Notes: generated by a model from the letters alone, not told the origin. A stretch of DNA of 64,000 nucleotides from an uncultured cyanobacterium (GCA_963719515.1 CAVRCJ010000010.1:192001-256000); one strand, 5' to 3'; counted from the first letter of the stretch, positions 54,478 to 64,000 are shown. Made by a program: numbers and translations.

Positions 54478-55716
54478 TCAAGCAATAGGCCAAACGGACT
54501 GAAAAACCTTTTTCAACACAATCCATCGACTTCTCAGCTTCCAAAAGCGGCTAGACTGCACCATAAGCCTAAAGTTTTTTCCTCGGTTTGCTTCCTCTGT
54601 CACGTCTCTCAAGCGCTGGCGAAGCTGCTGAACTTTCTGACGGCTCTCTTCAAGCCTCTGCTTCAACAGCCTTTGCTGCTGGGCTGCACTCCTAGCCTTC
54701 TCCGCATCCGAACCCAGATCGCCGCTCAGCTTAGCGGTGATACTTTCTAGCTGCCGGAGGTAATCGCTTGGGATGCGCTTGAACGTCTCCCTGTCGGCGA
54801 AAATGCTGCTCGCCTCCCCCACGGATGCCAGAGAATACTGAACTTGATCGACTAATTTACAGGTCTCCTGCCGCAGCGCGTGGTAATCATGGGTTGCCAG
54901 CTCAAGATGAACTTGAGTGCGACCAAGCTGTTCCTTCACCGCTTCATACCTAGAGGTTTGATAACCGAGCCGCTCTAGGAGATCGCCAGTTTCATCTCGA
55001 AAGACTTCTTCAACGGATTCATCAAAATAGTGAACCCAATCTCCAACCAGTCCTTTCCGGTAGTGAGACGACGCATCTTCAACGCCCTGATGTCTTTGGG
55101 CCATCTGCCTGAAGCTATACCGCTTAAGGACCGCTTCTAAGGTGGATTTGGGGATTTTAATGCCGCAGTGGTCAAATAAAGCCTCGAAAATGTCGGTGTG
55201 CGCTGGGGCCGTCAGCTCTTCAAACTTGAATATTTTGATATTGTCGTCTTGCTTAGGGGCTTCGAGCCAAGAATGTATTGAGCTGAAGTATTGGGCTGAA
55301 GCGAGCTGACGGATTGAGAAAATTAGACCCTCTGTCGTCGAGAGGCTTCCCAAACTATTGCGGTGAGGCTGAATTTCATCAACTTGATCGTGAGAGTACC
55401 GGGCCGAAAAATACCAGGAGACGACTAGGTCTCGCGGATCTCTGACAACAAAAAAGGCTTTGTAGAGAGCAGGTTTTGGGATACTACAGAAGCTGGAATA
55501 GTTTATGTACAGTGGGGTAACCACTGTATCGTTAGGAAACGGCGTATCGAAGTGAAAGTCTGGCGAAAGCCTCGGCTTTTGTTCGGCGTCATTGATGTTT
55601 TCGTAAAAGTTGAAGGGCGATAATCCAGAGGCCCGAACGCACCTTGGATCGGAAAAAACCTTCCTAATCCACTGGCTTGCCGTTTTCTGAACGCAGCAGT
55701 GAAATACATTTACCAC
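54478..55716 (-). CDS. PAPS-dependent sulfotransferase with coiled coil
   Basis: QKTASQW (5'-PSB), RDPRDLVVS (3'-PB), RKGLVGDW; C-terminal SSRFWKLR. Confidence 0.83.
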   Translation of the reverse strand: MVNVFHCCVQKTASQWIRKVFSDPRCVRASGLSPFNFYENINDAEQKPRLSPDFHFDTPFPNDTVVTPLYINYSSFCSIPKPALYKAFFVVRDPRDLVVSWYFSARYSHDQVDEIQPHRNSLGSLSTTEGLIFSIRQLASAQYFSSIHSWLEAPKQDDNIKIFKFEELTAPAHTDIFEALFDHCGIKIPKSTLEAVLKRYSFRQMAQRHQGVEDASSHYRKGLVGDWVHYFDESVEEVFRDETGDLLERLGYQTSRYEAVKEQLGRTQVHLELATHDYHALRQETCKLVDQVQYSLASVGEASSIFADRETFKRIPSDYLRQLESITAKLSGDLGSDAEKARSAAQQQRLLKQRLEESRQKVQQLRQRLRDVTEEANRGKNFRLMVQSSRFWKLRSRWIVLKKVFQSVWPIA

Positions 55717-56014
55717 GTCACCTTCTCCCTGGACAACTGTAATTCCAAAATGTTCTCGGGGCGAATTGAAAAAGGGAAAAGCTTAGAAATTCGAACGTTG
55801 CCGCAGTCAGCCGGTCCGCGATCAGCTGACCAACCCCAAGCTTAGTTTTCGGCAAATAGAAAACCGACTTTCACCTCGAACAGTTTAGAAGCGATCGCAC
55901 TCACGATATCAAAATAGTGTGCTTAAGCGGTAGGCCGCTACTGGCAGAGGTAAGTAGTTTAGCATCTGGGTACACCTTAGGTCAGTAGCGAAGGGGGGGC
56001 TACTGCCCAAATCG

Positions 56015-56764
56015 CTACTCAGTGCTCAGACGAGCGATCGCCCCCCCGTCCACTACGAGGGACTGACCGGTCATGAAGGACGAGTGGTCCGAGGCCAAGA
56101 AGAAGATCGCCTCCGCGATTTCATGTGGTTTCCCCACTCGGCCCGCCACCGTCTTCTGCCCCAAACGCTCTAGCAGCTCATCTACGCTTTCCCCTGCCAA
56201 ATGTCCCCGCTGCAGCCCAGCCTGCAGCATACCCGTATTCACCGCCCCCGGAAGCACTGCATTGACGCGAATATGGGGGGCAAATTCGAGGGCTAGAGCG
56301 CGGGTCAGGGCGAATAGGGCTCCCTTACTGGTGGCGTAGGCGGCGATGTTGACGGAGGTGGCGATCGCGTGAACTGAACTGACGTTAACGATACTGCCAC
56401 GAGTGGTCTGCAGCAGCGGGTGAGCCGCTTGGGCAAAGCAAAAGGCGGCCCTCACATTCACCGCCATGACTTGGTCCCACTCAGCGGGCGTCGTGTCCAA
56501 AACAGACTTACAAATCTGCAGCGCGGCGTTGTTGACCAGGCTGTGGAGCGGCGCGCCGCTGCGCTGAACGGAGGCGATCGCCTCCTGGATGGCCTCTGGG
56601 TGCGCCACGTCAACCTGAAGATACTGGTCTATGGCGGTCTGGGGCACCTCTGATTCTGGCTTACGATCAACTCCAATCACCGCCCAGCCGTGGCGCTTGA
56701 AGCATTGTGCCGTTGCGGCCCCAATGCCGCCCGCCGCTCCCGTGATTAACACAGCTTTGCTCAC
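56015..56764 (-). CDS. Short-chain dehydrogenase/reductase
   Basis: TGAAGGIG, NNAA and YATSK motifs. Confidence 0.9.
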   Translation of the reverse strand: MSKAVLITGAAGGIGAATAQCFKRHGWAVIGVDRKPESEVPQTAIDQYLQVDVAHPEAIQEAIASVQRSGAPLHSLVNNAALQICKSVLDTTPAEWDQVMAVNVRAAFCFAQAAHPLLQTTRGSIVNVSSVHAIATSVNIAAYATSKGALFALTRALALEFAPHIRVNAVLPGAVNTGMLQAGLQRGHLAGESVDELLERLGQKTVAGRVGKPHEIAEAIFFLASDHSSFMTGQSLVVDGGAIARLSTE

Positions 56765-57723
56765 GGCGTTTCTCCCGCCGCTGCCCGATCGAGATCCCGA
56801 ACCAGGTTGTCAATGGCAATTTGGTTAACGCGCAGCACAGCCTCGCGGGTATTGGAGCTGTTGTGGCTGCCTCGAATCACCTGGTCGAACTGGTTGAGGG
56901 CATGGTCTGCAGCGAGGGGTTCAACTTCAAAAACATCTAGGGCGGCGGCGGCAACTTTTCCGCTCTGCAGCGCTGAGACCAAAGCCGTTTCGTCAATCAG
57001 CGCCCCCCGGGCTACGTTCACAAGCCAAACGCCATCCTGCATTTGAGAAAACGCCTGTGAGTTAAGGAGGTGGTAGTTGTCCGGCGTCAGGTTGCAGGCC
57101 AGCACAATTAGATCGGAGCGCCTCAGCAGCGCCTCTAGCGCCACAGGCTGCAGGCCGGTTTCCCGGCAAAACGCCGCGTCGATGGGGAAGACGTCGTGAC
57201 CTAAGACTTCCATACCCACGACCTGAAGGCGGCGGGCGATCGCCTTGCCAATGCTGCCAACGCCGACGATTCCAGCGACCTTCCCCCGCAGGGACGTCCC
57301 CTGAATTTTGAGCCAGCTGCCCTGGCGGACGGCGGCATCCATGCGGTGAAGCTGACGCGCCAAGAGAATACTATAGCCCAGCGCCACATCCGCGACCTCG
57401 TCCCCAAAGGCGTTGGGCGTGTTTGACGTAAAAATGCCCAGCGCTTTAGCTCGCTTTAGGTCGATACCGTCTACCCCGATGCCCCACTTAGCCAGCGCCT
57501 TCAGCCTGCCGCTACGGCCAAGCTCTAGCACCTTTGCGGTGAATGGATCGTCTCCCGCAACCACCCCGTCGAACTCAGCAATAAGGTCACAAAGCGCCGC
57601 TTCGCTCATCTGCTGCTGGAACTCTGGAACATGGACGTCGAACCCTTCTTGCCGAAACCGCTCCCGGCAGCAATCTAGGGTCATAATCATCGGAGGACAG
57701 GTCACCAAAACGCGCCAGGTCAT
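56761..57723 (-). CDS. D-isomer 2-hydroxyacid (phosphoglycerate-like) dehydrogenase
   Basis: GVGSIG, NVARG and LDVFEVEP motifs. Confidence 0.88.
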   Translation of the reverse strand: MTWRVLVTCPPMIMTLDCCRERFRQEGFDVHVPEFQQQMSEAALCDLIAEFDGVVAGDDPFTAKVLELGRSGRLKALAKWGIGVDGIDLKRAKALGIFTSNTPNAFGDEVADVALGYSILLARQLHRMDAAVRQGSWLKIQGTSLRGKVAGIVGVGSIGKAIARRLQVVGMEVLGHDVFPIDAAFCRETGLQPVALEALLRRSDLIVLACNLTPDNYHLLNSQAFSQMQDGVWLVNVARGALIDETALVSALQSGKVAAAALDVFEVEPLAADHALNQFDQVIRGSHNSSNTREAVLRVNQIAIDNLVRDLDRAAAGETP

Positions 57724-58430
57724 ACGGTTTTCCTAACTTCGGAGAGCAGTGGCTGAGCGAGGGGGCTCCCGTGGCGATCGCGATAGAAGAACTCCGCCAC
57801 CCGAAAATCAATCTCTTCGTCAATGTCCCAAGCTTCGTCGCGCTCGACTTCAAACATCATGGGCCGGTGGCCAATGCGGTTCTTCCGCTCTTCTAAAATT
57901 TGCTTTGTAAAAATGTAGAGATTGGAATTTTCTTCATAAACGGGGGGGAGATCCTGGGTGCGGAGCAAAATTTCAGGATCGTGGTTGATCGCCTTGCCCT
58001 GCTTGTCGTACAGACGGGTTTGCAGTCGCGTCACGCCGAATAGGCTATCGTACTCCGGCTGATTGAGAAAAGCGGCGATCGCTTCAGAGACGGTAGACGA
58101 AGAGAGGAGTGGATTAGTGCTATGGGTCTGCAGGTAGTAATCGGCGCTCACCTGCGCGACGGCGTTGAGCAGCACGTCGTTCATTGGAGTGGCTCCATCG
58201 CGCAAGTGCTCCGGACGGTCTAACACTTTCACGCTGGGAAACTGCTGGGCTGCATCTTCTTTGATGATAGGGCTATCCGTATCGATGCAAACGAGATCGA
58301 TTTGGGGACAACTTAGCAGGGTTTCGGTGATGTAATGATAGAGCGGTCGTCCAGCGAAATCACGGTAATTTTTACCGGGGACCCGCTCGCTGGAGTGCCG
58401 CATGGGCACAAAGGCAACGATTTCGGTCAT
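57720..58430 (-). CDS. Acylneuraminate (ulosonate) cytidylyltransferase family protein
   Basis: SERVPGKN, TDS, STNPL and DIDEEIDF motifs. Confidence 0.87.
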   Translation of the reverse strand: MTEIVAFVPMRHSSERVPGKNYRDFAGRPLYHYITETLLSCPQIDLVCIDTDSPIIKEDAAQQFPSVKVLDRPEHLRDGATPMNDVLLNAVAQVSADYYLQTHSTNPLLSSSTVSEAIAAFLNQPEYDSLFGVTRLQTRLYDKQGKAINHDPEILLRTQDLPPVYEENSNLYIFTKQILEERKNRIGHRPMMFEVERDEAWDIDEEIDFRVAEFFYRDRHGSPLAQPLLSEVRKTV

Positions 58431-58493
58431 GGTAGAAAACTATTGGCGGGGTGACACATCCATTAAACCAGGACGTTGGTCCCCTGAGCGTCC

Positions 58494-59456
58494 TCAAAAT
58501 TCAATCTGGGCGTAGTCAACGGTGGCTCGCTCTGGAGCTTGGGGCTTGCTTTTATTGAGTCGGCGCAGCCCTCTAGGGTAGTAAAACGCCTGTTTGAGCT
58601 GACCTGTTAGCGGCGTCCGGTGAGTAAAGCCCCTGTAGGTGCCCCAAAACTGCATCAGGCGGAATGTCGCAATATCGGCCAGGTTGCTGGCAACAACGCC
58701 GTCGTGAATGGCGTGAAAGTAGTCGCTTAGCGTGTTGCTCGCAGCCAGCCACAGGAAGTCCCAAAGGGTAAAGGTCTCTCCGGGAAAAATCTTCTTAAGG
58801 GCGATCGCCTCTCGTCGATAGCGGTTGTAGATACGCTCGGGGGTTTCTTCGTGGACGTGAATAATCTCTGCGTCAGCGCTGTAAACGATATGATAGCCCT
58901 GCCCCATAACGCGCCTAGCCCAGTCAAGATCTTCTAGGCCGGTAAGCTCCTCGTCGTAGGGCAGCTGCTCCCAAAGCTCTCGGCGAATTGCGGCATTGGC
59001 GTTGTTGCAAAAGGGGTGGCGCTGACGCGGTCGTGATACTTCACCAAACCAGGCGGCAAACAGCTGGTGCTCTGAATACTGAGTCAGCTCATTCCCGCGC
59101 TGCTTGCCGTAGACTAGGGCAACGTCAGGAGTCTCAAAAGGTCGCAGCAGCTGCTCAAGCCAGTCTGTGTACACGGGATAAACATGGGCGCTAGCAATAG
59201 TAATGACCTCCCCGGTGGCCTGCTGGCAGCCTAAGTTGAGCGATCGCCCGAAAGAGAACTCTTCAGGGCGAATGGTTAATAGCTTGATGGGATAGCGAGT
59301 GGCGATGGCAACCGTAGCATCGGTGGAGCCGGAGTCTACGACGATGATTTCTAAGCTATCTTTGAGGGTCTGCTGCATCAGACCGCTCAGCAGACGTCCG
59401 ATGTGTTGTTCTTCGTTGTAGCACCGGATCACAACAGAACATCTAGGAATTCTCAT
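58494..59456 (-). CDS. GT2 glycosyltransferase
   Basis: SVVIRCYNEE, DSGSTD and ED..WA motifs. Confidence 0.87.
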   Translation of the reverse strand: MRIPRCSVVIRCYNEEQHIGRLLSGLMQQTLKDSLEIIVVDSGSTDATVAIATRYPIKLLTIRPEEFSFGRSLNLGCQQATGEVITIASAHVYPVYTDWLEQLLRPFETPDVALVYGKQRGNELTQYSEHQLFAAWFGEVSRPRQRHPFCNNANAAIRRELWEQLPYDEELTGLEDLDWARRVMGQGYHIVYSADAEIIHVHEETPERIYNRYRREAIALKKIFPGETFTLWDFLWLAASNTLSDYFHAIHDGVVASNLADIATFRLMQFWGTYRGFTHRTPLTGQLKQAFYYPRGLRRLNKSKPQAPERATVDYAQIEF

Positions 59457-59560
59457 GGCGATCGCTCACGATTTGTCTCAAGCTATCTCTGCCGTTTTAG
59501 GATAATTTGGCGTGCAGGGTGTGCGATCATTTCTTATATAATCTTCGCAGTTATCTAGGT

Positions 59561-60877
59561 CTAACTTTTGACAATGCGGCTCAGTGTCTCCACTTTCTTC
59601 TTAAGCGATGATGTCGCTTTTCTCCGATTAGTTCTTTCACTTTCAAGCTCCTTCAAGACGTAGTCTGCCTTTGATGCAGCATGTCCCACTAAGAGTAGCA
59701 GTAAGACTATGCCCATTGCTGCAACTCCCTGAGAGAAAGGCGCATCTAGAGAAAAAGCGGTAATACTGAGGAAAATAGCGCCAATCGCGACCAAGGCAGG
59801 CCATCGGCTATAGTAGCTAATCACGCCTTCAGCTAAAGCCTTGACTCGCTGAATGTAGGGCTTTGACGATTCCTCTGCTGGCACAGGAACGCTCCTCCCT
59901 ATGGACCTATTACGAATCGATTTGGCCTCAGTTTTAGCGTTGTCAAATTCTGGAATAGATCCTTTTGCAGGCGCGGAAGGCAATGAACTTAACTGCTGCA
60001 AACTGGGCGACTGCGAGATAGCCTCCGCTCGAGGCTTTAGCCTGACATGCTCAGGTCGTGATACTGCAGGTTGCGGCAGACTAGAAGGCGTAGAGCCGTC
60101 TAGCTCCGGAGAATCTGATAGATTTAGAGCAGAACCTGAATCACTGTCGGTTACCATAAACCAGGACTTTTTTTTCCCATCGTCCTCACCCTGAAGAGGC
60201 TTAAAGGCGACTAGCTTGATGGTGACGCTCTGGGCAACGGCTCGAATCGATTTGAGCGCTGGGGCGCTACGATTCCACTGGTTTAGCGTGATATCGGCAT
60301 TGGAAGCATAGCCGCACTTAAACGTGGCATGTCCGCTAACTTTCGGAATTGCCAACCATTCAAAGGAGCAGGCCTCAACTGCTTCTCGATACATATCGAT
60401 AAGTCGAGGCATATCTGCAGGGTCATCAAAAATATAGAGGTCAATAGCGTGGAGCATAACGCCACCAGGCTTCAAGATTCGATAGCAATCTGCAAAAAAG
60501 TCTTGAATATTTGGCTTTGGAATATGCTCGACAACAGATATGGAGAAGAGCACATCGAAGTAGTCGCTGGGAATCTCAGGATCAAACTCGCCCACATAAG
60601 AGCGAATCAGCTTTACGTTTGAAATGTCTGAGACACTGGTTGGCCCTAGCCCATACCCTTCTAGCTTATCAATATTCCAGCACTCATTTTGCTTACTCGT
60701 TTTTTTCAAGACTCTAGAGTTTCCGCCTCCAACTTCTACAATTGCAAGATTTTCCTTGTCCTGTAGTACAGAGAGAACCCAGGCATCTTGAATGCCTTTT
60801 AGAGTATAGTCTTTCGGATCGGCAACGCCCCTGTCGAGCCAACTGAAGTATTCTTGTTTAGCTATAATATCTAACAT
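59561..60877 (-). CDS. Class I SAM methyltransferase with linker and two-TM anchor
   Basis: EVGGG, SISVVEHI and RILKPGG motifs; C-terminal TM hairpin. Confidence 0.8.
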   Translation of the reverse strand: MLDIIAKQEYFSWLDRGVADPKDYTLKGIQDAWVLSVLQDKENLAIVEVGGGNSRVLKKTSKQNECWNIDKLEGYGLGPTSVSDISNVKLIRSYVGEFDPEIPSDYFDVLFSISVVEHIPKPNIQDFFADCYRILKPGGVMLHAIDLYIFDDPADMPRLIDMYREAVEACSFEWLAIPKVSGHATFKCGYASNADITLNQWNRSAPALKSIRAVAQSVTIKLVAFKPLQGEDDGKKKSWFMVTDSDSGSALNLSDSPELDGSTPSSLPQPAVSRPEHVRLKPRAEAISQSPSLQQLSSLPSAPAKGSIPEFDNAKTEAKSIRNRSIGRSVPVPAEESSKPYIQRVKALAEGVISYYSRWPALVAIGAIFLSITAFSLDAPFSQGVAAMGIVLLLLLVGHAASKADYVLKELESERTNRRKATSSLKKKVETLSRIVKS

Positions 60878-60928
60878 TGGATCTACCCTGAATGCTTAAT
60901 GAACCCTCAGCGTCTCACTTGCGACTGC

Positions 60929-63900
60929 TCACTTCAGGTCTCTCTTTACGACTTTGAATACGGCTGTTCTCCATCTAGCCCCAACAAACTCTACGCAGGA
61001 ATTTGGCTTAACTTCTTGATCAACAAATAGAGTGACTTCAGGCCAATGCTCGGTCGAATAATCGTCAAAGATGATGTATCCGCCAATGTCAACTGCAGAT
61101 AAATAATGTTCAAAGTCAAACTTGACGCCATCATAGGAGTGATCGCCGTCTATAACTAGCAGATTATATTGACTCTGCCCTACTTCTGAAAGAACGCTAT
61201 CCTCAGTACTTAAACCCTGTATTAATCCAACGCTCTGAGCGGGAATATCCAGGCAGCGCATGTTGTGCTCAAACACGCTGCGTGTGACCGGCACCTGAGT
61301 AATTTTATCAAATGGACTTTGACCGTAGTAGCCATCAAGTGGATCTACCGCAGTGAGATGAATATCCTCAAAGCGTCCTCGGCAGGACTCATGCAATATA
61401 CCTAAGTTAATTCCAAACAGCGAGCCAATTTCCAGCACTGATAATCTTTTCGAACTTACGCTTCGCGCAGCTAGAATACGAACCAGCATGTCCTGCACCG
61501 TCGTTGCTAGCCGACCAGAGCAGGCGTCTTCAATCAAGCAGACCTGATGCGCTAGATATCCCAACGCCCTACGATCCATTTGCAGACCAAACGCCGGTAG
61601 CCAGAAATTCTCCAAAGCCTCAAAGTGCTCTTCGACAAGCCGCCGGTTAAAGGGCTGAAACAGTGCGCTGTTGTTGGTGTTTGAGGTCTGCAAAAGTCGC
61701 TCTACTCTATCAGTCGCTTCTGTGGCACGGTTCCCTCTCTCTGCTGCGCGATTGCTTCGCTCAGCTGCGTGGTTTGCGGTTTCTGCTGCGTGACTACTCT
61801 GTTCTGCTGCGTGGTTTGCAGTTTCTACCGCATGATTACTTCGCTCAGCTGCGTGGTTTGCGGTTTCTGCTGCGTGACTACTTTGTTCTGCTGCGTGATT
61901 GCTTTGTTCTACTGCGTGACTACTTTGTTCTGCTGCGTGGTTTGCAGTTTCTACCGTATGATTGCCCTGCTCAATTGCAAGCTCAGCGATCTGCTCTGCC
62001 CGTTGGGCTCGGCCAAAACTATGATGGGCAAAACGCTTTGCCTCATCTGCAAGGCTGAGCGCAGAGGCAGAGGCATCGCGGACATGACTCACCTCCTCCG
62101 CCAGATGGCTCATGGAAGCGGAGGCGTCACGAGCACGCTGTGAGATCTCCATAGCACGCTGCGAAGCCCCCACAGCCTGCTGAGAAGTCTCCCGACCTTC
62201 TTCCCCTATCTGGTGCGCCCTTTGAGCCTGCTGCACAGCTGCATTCCCCCGTTTCATGGCTCTATCTGCTCTACGCTGAGCACGCTCGGCGGCATTCTGA
62301 GCCTGCTCAATCGCGTTCTGCGCTTGAGCAATAACCCTGTCGGATCGCGTCGCGGCATGGCCCAGCAGCAGCAATAGTAGTCCAGTAGAACTGCCTGTCA
62401 ATGCCCAGCGGAACGGCACATCTTCGATGACTGATAAACCGCTGCAGGTCACTGCGAGCAGTGCGACAGCAAATGGCCAGCGGCGATAGTAACTCACAAT
62501 TCGCTGGACTAAAAACGCGAAGCGTTTGGGCTTGGAAAAGGCTGAGGCACTTGTTGCTGGCGTCTGATTCAGCGCTTTTACTGGCTTTGCTTCTGCTGGT
62601 CTCGCTTCTACTGGTTTTGCGTGACTGCCGTTTCCCATTTCGATAGGAGCCACCACATCATGGTCACCACTTCTGTCAGTAGTAGTGGCGGTTGGGGGAA
62701 GCTGAGTAGTCTGGTGTCCGTTCGACGACGGTTCTACCGAATTCGAAGCTGTGGGACTGCGATCTACGGGAGTAGGCATTACTAAAGGACTCACCTGCGG
62801 TTTGTGTTGGGATGGCGCAGTTTTAATTAAAGCTTCAGCGATCGCCACTACCTTGCTGAGATCGGGGGGCTGCTTAAAGGCGAGCAGGTTGCCCCAAGCC
62901 TCTGCGCTAGAAAGCTTACAAGGATAGGGAACTAAGCGGCGCCAGTCGTGCTTAATTCCGTATCGAACAACGGGATGCCACTCACTGACCAGGACAGTAT
63001 ATCCTCTCTCTACTAAGTACTGAGCTAAGTCATCGAAGCGGTAGCCCAGGGGAACAGTTTTACGATCTTCAAATTCACATTCAATTACCTCAGGCTGAAC
63101 CTGCTCCCACGGCACGCCCTTCAACACCATCAGATCGAAGCCTTCGGTATCTATTTTGAGGAAGTCAACATGCTCTAGCCGATGTTCCGCGCAAATATTG
63201 GCAACGGTCGTTGTGGTGACTTGGCATCGCGGCCTGTGGCTCTCCCGAAAAGGGGCTAGAGCGCTGATGCCGGTACTCTCTTCAGAGGCATAGAGAGCCA
63301 CCGTTTCACCAAAGCGATCGCTCACGGCAGACTCGCTGATCACAACGTTCTCCCAAGTCTCGAACTTTTTGAGGAGCTGCTGGCGATTGTCGGGGTCTGG
63401 CTCGAAGGCGTAGACTTGCCAAACTTGCTTGGCGAATGGGGCCAACGCGCTACCAAAATGAGCCCCAACATCCACCATAACCGCGTTGGGCTTCTCAGCG
63501 GCCAGCAGTTCAGCCACAATCTTGGTTTCGTCGATATGGGCGCGGCGCTCCCGCTGAAAGCTGCCGACGAGGGCATCTTGGATGGCCGGCAGGGCGGGCT
63601 GACTGTTGGATGACGCCTGACGCTGCCGAGAGAGGGCTGCGCCGCGCAGAAACCCATAAAACTTGGTTTGAACTTGGTCTGCGGAGTGGTGCTTAAACGC
63701 GTACTCCCGCGCCGCTGCTGCCAGCGGGCTGCAGGTCTCGGGCTGGTTGACTAATTCAAGCAGCGCCGCCCGAAGCTGCTCAGGCTCTCGCTCCATGACC
63801 ATCCGCGCACACCCAGCACGCTCTAGGTAGGCAATCGTCGCTACCGCTGCGGGGCCATATGCCAGCACGGGCACGCTGGCCGCCAGGCATTCCGGGAGCT

Positions 63901-64000
63901 TGTTGGCCATTGAGTAGCGAACGTACTCAATACTGCTGGGGTCAAAATTGTAGGCGATCAAGAGCGCATCGGCAGCGACCAGCTTTTGACGGTAGACCTC
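60929..64000 (-). CDS. Multidomain glycan enzyme, 5' end outside the window: GT-B tail, FkbM MTase, TM hairpin, heptad coil, second MTase
   Basis: NKLPECLAASVP; DVGAHFG..KIDTEG; LEIGSLFG..IDGDHSYDGV..FDDY. Confidence 0.8.
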   Translation of the reverse strand, partial: EVYRQKLVAADALLIAYNFDPSSIEYVRYSMANKLPECLAASVPVLAYGPAAVATIAYLERAGCARMVMEREPEQLRAALLELVNQPETCSPLAAAAREYAFKHHSADQVQTKFYGFLRGAALSRQRQASSNSQPALPAIQDALVGSFQRERRAHIDETKIVAELLAAEKPNAVMVDVGAHFGSALAPFAKQVWQVYAFEPDPDNRQQLLKKFETWENVVISESAVSDRFGETVALYASEESTGISALAPFRESHRPRCQVTTTTVANICAEHRLEHVDFLKIDTEGFDLMVLKGVPWEQVQPEVIECEFEDRKTVPLGYRFDDLAQYLVERGYTVLVSEWHPVVRYGIKHDWRRLVPYPCKLSSAEAWGNLLAFKQPPDLSKVVAIAEALIKTAPSQHKPQVSPLVMPTPVDRSPTASNSVEPSSNGHQTTQLPPTATTTDRSGDHDVVAPIEMGNGSHAKPVEARPAEAKPVKALNQTPATSASAFSKPKRFAFLVQRIVSYYRRWPFAVALLAVTCSGLSVIEDVPFRWALTGSSTGLLLLLLGHAATRSDRVIAQAQNAIEQAQNAAERAQRRADRAMKRGNAAVQQAQRAHQIGEEGRETSQQAVGASQRAMEISQRARDASASMSHLAEEVSHVRDASASALSLADEAKRFAHHSFGRAQRAEQIAELAIEQGNHTVETANHAAEQSSHAVEQSNHAAEQSSHAAETANHAAERSNHAVETANHAAEQSSHAAETANHAAERSNRAAERGNRATEATDRVERLLQTSNTNNSALFQPFNRRLVEEHFEALENFWLPAFGLQMDRRALGYLAHQVCLIEDACSGRLATTVQDMLVRILAARSVSSKRLSVLEIGSLFGINLGILHESCRGRFEDIHLTAVDPLDGYYGQSPFDKITQVPVTRSVFEHNMRCLDIPAQSVGLIQGLSTEDSVLSEVGQSQYNLLVIDGDHSYDGVKFDFEHYLSAVDIGGYIIFDDYSTEHWPEVTLFVDQEVKPNSCVEFVGARWRTAVFKVVKRDLK
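61715..61966 (-). repeat. Coding 21-bp (heptad) repeat, 12 units
   Basis: GNHTVET ANHAAEQ SSHAVEQ SNHAAEQ SSHAAET ANHAAER SNHAVET ANHAAEQ SSHAAET ANHAAER SNRAAER GNRATEA. Confidence 0.92.

Overview
Chromosomal window from a GC-rich cyanobacterium: HIP1 (GCGATCGC) is abundant, and it carries a cyanobacterial rrn operon and psbA. The housekeeping backbone comprises dedA, a carotenoid oxygenase, a folate/biopterin MFS transporter, tRNA-Met, an M17 aminopeptidase, nadC, the full rrn operon (16S-Ile-Ala-23S-5S), an SSB-like gene, 5-oxoprolinase, an N-II type amino-acid ABC transporter, psbA and mfd. Accessory patches include a putative type II R-M pair beside tRNA-Met, a DUF433/DUF5615 TA pair with nuclease relics, a large repeat-rich extracellular-type protein, a DUF1611 plus PLP-racemase pair and a tandem alpha/beta-hydrolase. 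The last ~17.5 kb is part of a surface-glycan cluster. Most notable observations: (i) the glycan cluster has six methyltransferase domains, a sulfotransferase, coiled coils and shared membrane-anchor modules; (ii) a degenerate 21-bp array and an RBS-sequestering hairpin precede a small 'GSP..LH..Y.E..W' protein that has a second paralogue missing from the ORF track; (iii) psbA has a +2 frameshift near codon 10 and a short chloroplast-type C-terminus; (iv) a polarised 28-bp hairpin array has grown from the 3' end of the carotenoid oxygenase gene. All calls come from reading motifs by eye; no database searches were run.
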